This document shows, in pieces, positions 26,314 to 38,159 of a stretch of DNA of 64,000 nt. The stretch's first letter is position 1, and the number at the start of each line of letters is the position of its first letter. Under the pieces are notes generated by a model. The model worked only from the letters and a program-made list of their open reading frames with translations, ran no database searches and was not told the origin of the DNA. This DNA is from Isurus oxyrinchus (Eukaryota). The position numbers and the translations under genes are program-made. Location: the NCBI GenBank assembly GCA_026770705.1, contig JANJGN010000018.1, positions 93,620,001 to 93,684,000 of the forward strand. Reading direction: 5' to 3'.

Positions 26314-26343
26314 CTTTGATTCTGGCTGTTCCTCTTCTTTTGC
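26314..26343 (-). CDS. SH3BGR: 30 nt microexon AKEEEQPESK
   Basis: 'ctgtttgttttcatgactttgccag' | GCAAAAGAAGAGGAACAGCCAGAATCAAAG | GTTGGG, phase 0-0. Confidence 0.7.
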
Positions 26344-28521
26344 CTGGCAAAGTCATGAAAACAAACAGATGAGACAGAAGAGTGGGAGACAGGCAAACCT
26401 CTGCATTCTTGTAATTAAACCAACGCTTTAAGAACCGATTGCTCACTTGAGACGATCATGGTTATTTCTATTGAATGGAAAGAGTAATTTCCCGTGACAT
26501 TGCTCAGAGGTAGTCTGGGATCTAGGAACATGCTTAAAGTAGTTAGCTGTTAACATAACCCATTCCTGTGGGACCCCTGCTCAGGTATTCCCTGTGGGGA
26601 ACTGATCGAAGCCCTGGACCCCCTCTGTGGAACTAACTCCCTGACTTTTCCCCTTCATCCCTCCCCACCTGACCACATCTACCCTTCTTGCTTCACCTTT
26701 TAAGAGCTTTATTAAAGCCCACCTTTGCAATGAACCTTATGGTCACCTCTCCTAACTCTTCCACCATGGCCTAACGTCCACAGCCTTTTTACCTTTCTCT
26801 CTCGTAAAGCATCTAAAAATGTTTTTCTACATAAATACAAGTTGTTGTTTTACAAATGCTGCAGTACAAGCACTACACACTAAGTACCGCTCTTTCCCCC
26901 TCATTCGCCTTCAGGACTAGTGTCCTTAGTGAAGGAAATTGGAATGAACAAAACAAAGAAACTAAAGTAGAAAACATGTATTTTTTAATACAATTTCAAT
27001 AACAAGAGGTTTCAAATATGTTAGAAGTTTAGAAGAAGCATATTTGTTGAGTAGAAAGATGAACACTATAAATATTAACATGTTAGATTAATGGATAATG
27101 TGTTAGTCATGTGCCCAAAAGGGTAAAGTATTCATTCCACACCATCTTAAAAGGTAAGAGTCAATACAAACACACAAACTAATGCAATATGGCAGACAGA
27201 GCAACTCTTTGATACTGCTACAGTGTCTCAAAAGCTTGGGACTGAGGCAGTGCAGGATTTCAGAGCTTGCTCTATTTCAGGTTATGGATGGTTTGGTTCA
27301 GGTCAAGCCAGGTTGGGTGGGGTTAAGGGTCATTCACTCATGGGAGTAGACTGGCACATAAGCAGTAAAGGGGATACAAGTCAGGTGACATACCACACCA
27401 ATGGAGTGCCGAGCCAAATTGTCTAGGCAAGTTCTTTATAATTTCACTCAATTAAAATTGATGTATGGCACATTCTAAAAATGTCCAGTTTTCAGACAAA
27501 TGTAGTTTTTGGACAGCCAGATTTGAGACACAGTAACTGTACAGTGGAAGCCTACACTCAACCTGCCACCATTATGGCCCTTCTACACATTACATACTAC
27601 GATTGTGATTGAAAAGAGTTATGTGTTGATCCTAGAACTCTAACACTAAACATATTCATTTGGTTAAATATTAGCACTTGGTTCTTTTATTGGAGAGAGA
27701 TCTTGCTTTTGTGTTTTCTCACTAACATGCAATGATGCAGTCTGGTCTTTTCCAGGGGTGTTAAGAGAAGCGAAACATGGACGAACAAGCCAGTGTGTTT
27801 TCGGCATGTTAAATCCTTTTTAACTCTTCACTTGATTTAAGGAGCAAGAAAGTGAAGTTGACAAGCTATAACAATTCCCTCTGACAATACAGTTACAAGA
27901 ATGCTCCAAAGTTATCCAGGCATTTTGGGCAATACAGATCAAATTATACTAACTGCATTTGGAAGCAGTCAAAGACAGCAAATTTACCATCGCCCAATAT
28001 AATGACCAGAACTACCCACCAGCCCCCCACCCGAGTATGGCATCCTAGGAGCTTTTCAGTGAATGAGAAATCTACATAAGGAGCTTGGCAAGTTCAATAC
28101 TTTTGCCAATAAACCAGGTTCACAACTCCAGAAAAAACATAGCATCAAAAGCATTATGCTCCAGAAGTACAACTTACTTTAAATATTATATTCAGGTTAA
28201 CTTACATTCCTGATTAGAGAAAGAACAATATTCTATAACACTATCTCCCAGTCTTACAAATCTTACCTCAACTTTAAAATTAAAAATCAATGTTCATACT
28301 TCCTCCCAATCCTATTTAAAATGCCTAATCTGATCAACTGGATAGCTGTAATTAAACTGATTGCTGGCTTGAACTTTAGGTGGTTATTAAGTGATCTGTG
28401 AGTTATTAGTGTGCCTTGTTAATTGAAATGGTTTAAAGTAAGGATTAACACGGAGAACAAAATGGTTAAGCCACTCAAATGAAAAGAAAGGACCGTTTAC
28501 AGGTTTGTGAAATTCTCTTAC

Positions 28522-28593
28522 AGCCTCTGCTGGTTCAATAGCTTGATGAACAGATTCCTCAATTTTCTTAGCTTCATTCTCACCAATGTTTTC
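28522..28593 (-). CDS. SH3BGR: 72 nt acidic exon ENIGENEAKKIEESVHQAIEPAEA
   Basis: tgtgcag acceptor, GTAAGA donor, phase 0-0, Glu-rich. Confidence 0.75.
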
Positions 28594-30067
28594 CTGCACA
28601 CATCAACATCAATGTTCAAAGGAAAGCAAAGTGCAAAAGAAAAAATAATCTACCAGGTTCTAGAAGTTTGGATAAAAAAAAAACAAAACTAGAAGCTGGA
28701 AATTCAAAACAAAACAGAGAATGCTGTAAACACTCAGCAATAGCGGAGGAGAAAACAGATATGACATTTCATCAGTACTGGAAGCTATTACTAATGAACA
28801 CCATTTCAAAAAGGAACAAAACCAAATGGATGAAAATTGGTGCACATACAGAATATAAAGTGGTTGAGTGGAAAAAACAGGAGATGGTTAAATGTCGGAG
28901 GTGATATTAGCATGAACACATATTATCTCTTCCTTTGATGTAAGGAGCAAAAAGAAATCTCATCCTATTACTCTCTTCTCTCGTGCTATTACTACATTCC
29001 CACAAGACAACAATCGATGTTGGATCAATTATTAATTTTAAATCTGAGATCGACAGATTATTGGTAACCAAAATAAGTACAAAGCACAAAGTTAGGCTGC
29101 ATATCAGCCATGAGCTCACTGATTGGAAAAATAGGCTATAGGAGCTAAATGGTCTACAGGTGCTGTGTGCTGATGTGAGCATGAGACACTGGCTTACCTT
29201 CCCTTCACAGATGCACCCTGGGACACAAGTGCTCCAGTATTTTCCATTTTTGTTTCTAGCAGTTATGATGCAGTTTGACAAAAGGTTGAAAGCTAACAGA
29301 ATTGATATTCAGGAATGGTTATCAGATAGTAATTTTATCAAGGGGCTTAGATACGAGTTTCAAGTTAAAAGGATGAGAGATGTAGCACTATTACCTGAAC
29401 CCGCAAACCAAACTTACTACCTTGAAGTTACTGCATTGAAATGATTGCATACATGTATTTTATGCCAATTGAAAGTGAAATGTAAGTGATAGAAATGGCA
29501 ACAGAAGTCACATTTCTTCAATAAATGTTATGGTCCACCTTTGGCATGTTGTAACGGTCTACAAATAAAAGTTCTACCAAAAGGTCCTTTGATGGCAGCT
29601 ACAAAGTATTTAAGTTACAAAACGCCTGAAGCAATTCAAGCTACTATACAAAATAGTATACTGCACTATACAATCAATATTTTGTGGTCCACAAAATATT
29701 GAGATTAGAATTGAACAGTCCAGTACAATACTTTAATGTTGAACTGTATTAATGCAGAACTAATTTTTGACAATCCTTCACTTCATTTACTACTGCTCCC
29801 AAGGAGCTCGCTCTCTTTACAGCTGTTAATTGTTTGTCTATGAGACATCCGTTGTAGCTTAAACCTCCTTACGTCAAAAAAGAAATCAAACTTGCATTAT
29901 TGTAAATTTATATTGACCCAGGACTGTGCTTGCACAACTAGATGACTTCCACCCACACACAAAATTATGTCAAAGTGAAAAACAGAATTAAAGAGTTGTA
30001 AAAAAAGCAAGCACAAAAACATACACCACACGCACACAAAAAGCAACGCAAGCAAATACATAATTAC

Positions 30068-30163
30068 ATTTATATCTGTTGACTGTTCAAAATGATTATG
30101 CAACATTTCAATATTTTCTTCAAGCTGATCTTCTGCAGCTATATGCAAATGCTGCTCATTGCC
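30068..30163 (-). CDS. SH3BGR: 96 nt exon GNEQHLHIAAEDQLEENIEMLHNHFEQSTDIN
   Basis: 'tcttgatttttcactttggtag' acceptor, GTAATT donor, phase 0-0, open frame. Confidence 0.65.
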
Positions 30164-31569
30164 CTACCAAAGTGAAAAATCAAGATAAGAGAAAACAGTT
30201 GCATCATGCGAAGATGTTGCAGACAAGATGAATAATTGAGACAGAGAGCAGGAGAGCAGTATTCTTTTCTGTTAACCAAGCTAAAAATGATTAGAGACAG
30301 AAAAAAATGCACATAGCATCCTGGCCTTTTCTGTATTCCAGTTTTTACAAATGTCTATGATTAGGGTAATTGAAAATTTGGTTTTACTGATTATCACTGA
30401 TAATTCTACATTTCTTTTGTGGCATGGTGATTTGGTTAAATCCAGTTTCCCCAATTTGAAATACACAAGCTTTCTTAATTTCCCAGCATTTTCTTTCCAA
30501 AAATTGCAGCTGGAGATTGCACAGGATTTACAAACCAGAAAGGATAATCCCTGAACTTACTCACGTTGATATTTGTCCGGTGTGTAAGCAATAATCCTAT
30601 CCTATGTACCTATTGTTTCCAAATTCCTATACTTCTCTTTCCTTTGATCACCCATCTTAAAAGTTCATATTGTCTCTATTCTAGGAGTGTACCCATAGCC
30701 TCAGAAGCCACAAAGGTCTTTCATGTTCTCTCCTGAATCTTCTACATTTAAATTTTTCATCTCTTATACACATTCCCATTTTAGACACCTCAATCAACGG
30801 AAGGGATCCATTTCTACCTACTTTATCCCTGCATAAATTTTAAACACCTGCAACAAGTCACCCTTTAATCATCTCTGATGGGGAAAAACTATTGATGCGA
30901 TCTTGTAGCTCAGAAGCATTCAGCATATTGTGCCAATGTCATCCCTCTGAAAGAACTATCCAATCAGCCCCATTTCCTTATTCTTTCCCCACAGACCTGC
31001 AAGTTTTTCTTGTTCAAGAATACATACAATTCTCTTCTGAAAGCTGCTGGTGAATTTGCTTCCAGAAGGCTTTTGGGTAGTGCATTCCAGATCAGAACTT
31101 GCTGCGTAAAATAAAATTTACATTTCCCCTCTGAGCTTTTTTGCTGATCATTTTATGCTGGTATCCTCTGGTTGCCAACACACCTGAGTGGAAACAATTT
31201 CTCCTTCATAAGCTTGAACACCCCCATTAAATGATCCTTTCAGCTCTGCTCCAAAACAACCCCACCTTCTCTAGTCTCTACAGGTCAGAAATTCCTCACC
31301 CCTGGTACATCTCCACTGCACTCTGCAAGTTCTTGATACCTTTCTGAAAATTAAGTGGTCAGAATTGGACATAATACAAGTGGAGACCCAACCAGTGACT
31401 CATAGAAAAGGGTTAGCATAACTTTCGTTCTTTTTTAATCATTTCCCTTTTTGTAATACCAAAGAACAACAGTGATCAGCTCTTAATCAAAGATCTCGGA
31501 AAGCTTCTCTTTTTAGCAGCTTTATTAACTTGCCCTGCCACCTTCGAACATTGGTGTATGTAAATTTCC

Positions 31570-32105
31570 AGGGACAGAACATAACCCTCGATGGGCAGAC
31601 AGGTGCCCTACCCGACTGAGCATAAAATAATGCGTGATGACGTCGGGCGAGCGTCCCGACATCGCTGCGCACTCACGCGATATTTCAGTCAGTGGGCACG
31701 CGCCGGAATCTGCAGCACGCCCGCCGACAATTAAAAGGCCTATTAAGGCCATTAAAATTATAATTGAAAAGAATTTTTTGCTGCCTGTCCAACCTTACCA
31801 GAAGTGGAGACCCAACCAGTGACTCACAGAAAAGGGTTAGCATAACTTTTGTTCTTTTTTAATCATTTCCCTTTTTGTAATACCAAAGAACAACAGTGAT
31901 CAGCTCTTAATCAAAGATCTCGTCTAGCTTCTCTTTTTAGCTTCTCTTTTGTGGTGCAGGCAGGCAAAAAGGCCAAGCAGCCTTTGCAATTTTTAGGAAA
32001 TCTCATCCACGGGCGGGATGAGGTTTCCAACAGCAAGTAAAAATAAAATTAAAATGTTAACATTTTGTTAATAACATGTCCTCCCTGCTCATGTGACAGA
32101 GACAA
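31570..32105. mobile_element. GC-rich non-autonomous DNA-transposon-like element interrupted by a 140 bp copy of flanking DNA
   Basis: Shares blocks with 18340-19030; 31802-31941 duplicates 31378-31517. Confidence 0.6.
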
Positions 32106-34180
32106 CTCACCTAATTGCACCCCTCGTAACCCTGCAAATTGTTTATCTTCTCTTTTGAAGGCCTCGCTTGAACCTGCCTGCACCACACCCTCAGGCAAGG
32201 CATTCCAGGTCCTAAATATCGGCTGCATAAAAAACTTTTGCCTCATGTCACCATTGTTTCTTTTGCCAATCACCCACCGTAAATATGTGCCCTCCAATTC
32301 TCAATCCTTCGGCCAATGGGAACAGTTTCACCCCATTTACTCCATCCAGGCTCTCATGATTTTGAGCACCTCTATCAAATCTCTTCTCCAAGGACAATAA
32401 CCCCAACTTTTCAAACCTATCCATGTAACGGAAGCTTATCATCCCTAGAACCACCTAGTGAATCTTTTCCACATTATAACACTTCCTAAAACGTGGCGCC
32501 CAGAACTGGGCACAATACTCTGGTTGAGGCTGAAGCAGTATTTTACACAGATTTCCTTATTCTTGTACTCTTTGCTCCTATTTGTAAAGCCCAGGATCCT
32601 ATATGCTTTATAAACCATTTTCTCAACCTTCCCTGACACCTTTAATTACTTGTGCACATATAAGCCCAGATGCCTCTGCTCCTGCATCCTCTTTAGAACT
32701 GTACCCTTGTATTTATTGTCTTTCCTTGTTCTTCTTACCAAAATGAAGAACTTCACACTTCTCTGCATTAACTTTCATCTGCAATTCCACCAGCCCATCT
32801 CCTCTAAGTTTATCACTATTGTCCTCACAGTTCACAATGCTTCCAAGTTTTGTGTCATTGCAAACTTTGAAATTGTGCCCTCAATTACACTCAAGTCTAA
32901 CTCATGAATACACACCAAGAAAAGCAGGGGTCCTTACACTGACCACTGGGGAGCCCCACTGTATACTTTGCTTCAGTTCAAAAAGCACCATTCATGACTA
33001 CTGTTTCTTGTGTCTCAGCCAATTTCATATCCATGCTACCACTGTCCCTTTCATCCCATGGATTCTAACTGTGCTGACAAGCCAGTTATGTGACACTTTA
33101 TCAAACTTCTTTTGGAAGACCATGCACACTTGTTCACTTTGGCAGGAATAATGGAGAAGTGGTATATTATTTAAATGCGGAGAGATTGCAGAATTTGATG
33201 GTATGGGGAGATTTGGGGGTCCTGGTACATGAATCACAAAGTTAATATGCAGGTACAACAAGTTATTAGGAATGTTAATGGAATATTGTTGTTTATTGCA
33301 AGGGGAATGGAATATAAAAGCAGGAAAAGTTTTACTGCAGCTGTACAGGGAATTGGTGAGACCACATCTGGAATACTGTGTAAAGTTTTAGTCTCCTTAT
33401 TTGAAAAAAAAATAGACAATTGCATTAGCAGCTCAGAGAAGGTTCACTCAACTCATTCCTGGGATGAAGGGGTTGGTCTTATGAGAAAGGTTGAACAGGT
33501 TGGGCCGATACCCATTGGAGTTTAGAAGAATGAGAGGTGGTCTTATTGAAGCATCAGATCCTGAGGGGACTTGATTGGGTGGATATTGGAAGGATGTTTC
33601 TCTTGCGGAAGAGACTAAAACTAGGGGACATAATTTAAGAATAAGATGTCGCCCTTTAAGACTGTGATAAGGAGAAAGTTTTCTTCTCAGAGGGTCATTA
33701 GTACGTGGAATTCCCTTCCCCAGAAGGCAGTGGAGGCTGGGTCTGTGAATTTATTCAAGCTGAGTTAGATTTTTGATCGAAGAGGGAGTCAAGGGGTTAT
33801 GGGGGCAGACAGGAAAGTAGAGTTGAAACCAGATCATTCACAATCTTATTGTATGGTGGAGCAGGCTTGACGGGCCAAATGGCCTACTCCTACCTTCCTA
33901 TATCAACCACATTACCCTCATCAACCCTCTCTATTGCCTCATCAAAAAAACTCAAGTGAGTTAGACATAAATTGCTCAAAAAATTCATGTTGGTTTTCCT
34001 TAATTATTCCACACTTGGTGAAGCAACTGTTAATTTTGTCCCAGATTATTGTTTCTAAAAGCTTTCCCACTACTAAGGGAAACTGACTGCCCTGTAACTG
34101 CTGGGCTCATCTTTACACACTTTTTTGAACAAGGTTTTAACATTTGCAATTCTTCAGTCTTCTGCCACCACCCTGTATCT
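32105..34180. mobile_element. Nested CR1 fragments: minus-strand copy (32105-33125, resuming 33895-34180) interrupted by a plus-strand 3' copy (33125-33895)
   Basis: Minus ORFs 'FQKKFDKVSHNWLV..HGMKGTVVAWI' and 'RQKFFMQPIFRTWNALPE'; plus ORF 'QVQQVIRNVNGILLFIARGMEYKS'. Confidence 0.8.
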
Positions 34181-34585
34181 AAACAGTAACATATCAGCTC
34201 CGCAATACAAATAACAACATGGTTACAACATGATCATTATGAGAAAACTGATGTTTGTAAAAACTGGAAACTTGAACTGCAACATTGCTTCAGTTGGACA
34301 AGTTCACAGTTCAAATAACGCCTCCATTTTGCCCTATCAATTGTCCCATATAGTTAGTAGTTGTAAAACATGTCGTAAACAGATCCAAATTCTGTCCTAT
34401 TACTATGTGCCAACCAAGAAGCAATTATGCAGCTCCTGAACAGAGTTCTAACCAGAAAATGATCTGCATTGCGTACTTCAAAAGCACCAAAGAAACACAC
34501 TGACAGTTGGATAAGTGTTAATTCAAATGAGGAAGTGGAGCAAGACAGAAAACATAAAAGAGAAAGAAATTTAAGGCTTAATTAC

Positions 34586-34648
34586 TAAGTCTCCTTTATC
34601 ACTTTCTGGAACTTCACCGTTCTGGATGATTGTAGCCTGATGTGCTTC
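34586..34648 (-). CDS. SH3BGR: 63 nt exon EAHQATIIQNGEVPESDKGDL
   Basis: Strong acceptor 'tttcctttgtttgcttttgctccgctacag', GTAATT donor, phase 0-0. Confidence 0.75.
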
Positions 34649-36109
34649 CTGTAGCGGAGCAAAAGCAAACAAAGGAAACCCAGAATTGTATATAAATTAT
34701 TAACTAGCACACAAGAGGAAAATATTTCATTGAACTCCCCCGTCTCAGATTCAGTGTAATAAAAACGACAAAACTGACATTTAGTAAGTTTGAGTGTTGG
34801 TCATCGTCCATTAAGAACTTAAGTCTTCATAAGGTTCAGAAACCAATTTTTTTGAAATTGCCCCTCAAGTTTTAGATTAGACCAAAAAAAAGCATATCAA
34901 TGAAGTAGCATTTATCTTAAGCTATGTACAAAATACCTACAACAGGACTCAAAAGCCCAACTCTTCCAATACACTGTATCTGAAATATGATTATAATGTG
35001 CAAGGTAAACATGAAAGCAAAAAATAAACATGGCATTATAGAAGTCATTTATCTATCTTACACATTGCAAAAATAGCATTCTTACATATGCTGTTAACAG
35101 CAACATGCAAGAGCTTGCAATGTGTAATCCAACATTTTGACCTGAATTAATTGCTAAAACTCTTTCTAGTTACTACATTCAAGAAATTGATTAAAACAAC
35201 ATGTGCCTTGTGAAGATAGTAACATTACTCTCATTTCTGGAATCTAGGCTCAAATGCAGTTCAGACTAATGGGATGAAAGTGACTTTTGCTTGCTACCAA
35301 GTAAACTGTATTGGGTAATTCTCAACTTAGTTCCTGGTGGTTGTTGGCCCAGTGTATGTACTGGCACCTTGCTGGCAATCTCACTCAGGCAGGTCATAAA
35401 AATGACTGGCACTCTAAATAGAAAAGTGTTATACTGGTGCAGAAGATGGCTCTCTTCTGAGGCTGGGCTTAAGGTGGAGATAGAAAAAGCTTACTTTTGC
35501 ATCCAACCACCCTGTCACCAAATGGAAGTAATCAATGCTCACACCAGGTTCCCACAACTAAAATAGCATTGCTTCTCCTAGCCCTCAAATCACACATGAT
35601 GAACAGAGAAAGTGCATGGGGCAAAAAAAAAAAAACCAGATTAAAGAAAACAATCTTTTTTTTCCTCCTACAAATTGGACAAATAAAAACATAAAACTTT
35701 GGTCTCCATTTTTAAGAACATATAAATGAATGAGTGGTACAGTGCACTAGATCTCTGGCCCCTGGAGTCATAATGCAGGGGGAATGCCAATTTCATTCCA
35801 GAAACCTGTACATCATTCTGTAGTGTGTCTACTGTCGATTTTATAGAGAAATATCTGATATTCGCCCTTTTTAATTTCCCCTGCTCCAACCATTTCACAG
35901 GTTGACTTTTCATTTGTTTATAGCCTGGGAGTAGGGTTCCCACTGGTTGGAAAGCACAGAAATCCTTTATAAGTAAAAGTGCATAACTCTCAAAAAATAG
36001 ATTTAAAGCTTTTGGGCTGGGAGTTTCCATTAGGTTGTGTTATTTTAATTCAGTACAATTTGCCCAAAATAGGCCAACGGTATCAACATTGCTGAGAAAA
36101 CACCAACAA

Positions 36110-36670
36110 TAAATTGGGAGCCACTGATAACCAGAACTGTACTTGACCAGCCACATCAACAATGGCGACAGGAGCAGGGCAGAAATTGACTATTTTGCTT
36201 CCTGATCCTGCAAGCTTTAACCACATTCTACAAGGTCCAAGTCACGAGTGTGATGGAATACTCATCATTCACCTGGACGGCTAAAGCCTCAATAACACTC
36301 ATGAAATTTAGCGCACTCCAGAACAGAGAAGTTAATTTTGATTGGTGTCCCTACCATCAGATTCAATATTCACCCCCTCCCTCTATCAATGGCACACTGT
36401 GGCTACAAAATATACAATTTAGAAGTTACAATGCAGCAACTTACCAAGCCCACCTTTACCATAAGAACATATCCAAGCTCCCTTCCAGGCAACCACACCA
36501 ACCTAATCTGTACACAAATTGCACCTTTCACCATAGTTGAATCAAAATCCTAGAAATTCCTACTCCACAATTGTAGGAGCAACTGTGCATCATGCAGTAA
36601 CTCTAGTAAAAGGCCAAACACCACAAACTAAGGATCATCAATAAATTTAGATTTGCTAGCATTTTCCACA
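36110..36670 (+). mobile_element. Old family B LINE 3' fragment
   Basis: ORF 'MMEYSSFTWT..' matches 'VMEYTPLTWM' in the copy at 40700-43290. Confidence 0.65.
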
Positions 36671-37017
36671 TCTGGAGAGCAAGCATAAAAAGCCAGCTCT
36701 GTGCTTAGGGTGAGACCACCAGTTAGTACCCAGAGATACAAAAAAAAGATGCTGCAGACTTGAACACACCAAGTACTTAGCAGAATACTCAAACTAAATC
36801 CACAATAGAACCCTTGGAGCTGGCAGAGATTAAAATGTCATCCCATCAGTCTGTTTAGTTCTCACCTCAAGTCTCAGGGGTGCAAGGAGATGTACTAACC
36901 CACTTTCTTCCCAATCCACTCAGGAAGGATTATTTTAATACTTAAAATGTTATAATTTTACTAACATTAAAAATTTAAACTTACTTTATCTAGAGATGAA
37001 TGCGTATGGTGTTATCA

Positions 37018-37158
<141 letters not shown>

Positions 37159-37883
37159 CTACAGTGTCAAGATAATCAATGACTTAAAAATCTGGAACAT
37201 GTTTGCATTGCATCAACAAAGAGGCATTTAGATAACACTGGAAATGTCAATAAAAGATCATTACAATAAGATCTGATGTGCAAGTCTCAGGAAGAAACCA
37301 GAAAATCATTCTTCATTTAAAAAAAAATTAGTCTTTTGTTCACATTTTTTCTTCACAATAATGCCCAATTTGATGGACCCAGATGAATGACACCTAATAA
37401 CAGCAAATAACAAAGTCCCTATATCTTTGCAAAGTAGGCCTAAATTTAGAGGTTTCAGAGGCAATTGCCTGGAGTAAGTTTTAATGTCAGGCTTGCCAGG
37501 GGAGGCAGGAAGTATGCTTGAAATGGCATGGCTCCATTACACAAGTCCTTGCTTTTTACTAAAAATTGGGTGGTGTCAAAATTGCTTCTGGTAATCAAGC
37601 AGGTTTCAATGCTAAAGGTTCAATAGCAGCCTGCATCAGTTGGATGAATGGTAATAAAGTATTACAAATATGCTATAGCCAAGTAAGAGGGCATGCATGC
37701 AGTAATGATAAAGTCATAATACTACTACAATTATAACAATAATTAACCACACCAAACTCATTTGGAGCTTAGGAATTAAAAATAATCAGAGGGATGTGAC
37801 ATGGTATATAATAGGCTTGCACACATCATCTCACGACCAACTATCCTCTAGCTCAGAAATAATTGTTAACAGAAATGCAATCA

Positions 37884-38159
<276 letters not shown>

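Noticed and set aside
29170-29260. Strong donor AAG|GTAAGC inside the cassette region
   Set aside because: No upstream acceptor gives an open phase 0-0 exon.
35641-35667. Possible alternative last exon EEKKDCFL* after a T-rich acceptor
   Set aside because: No homology support and mostly an A-run; cannot be told from chance.
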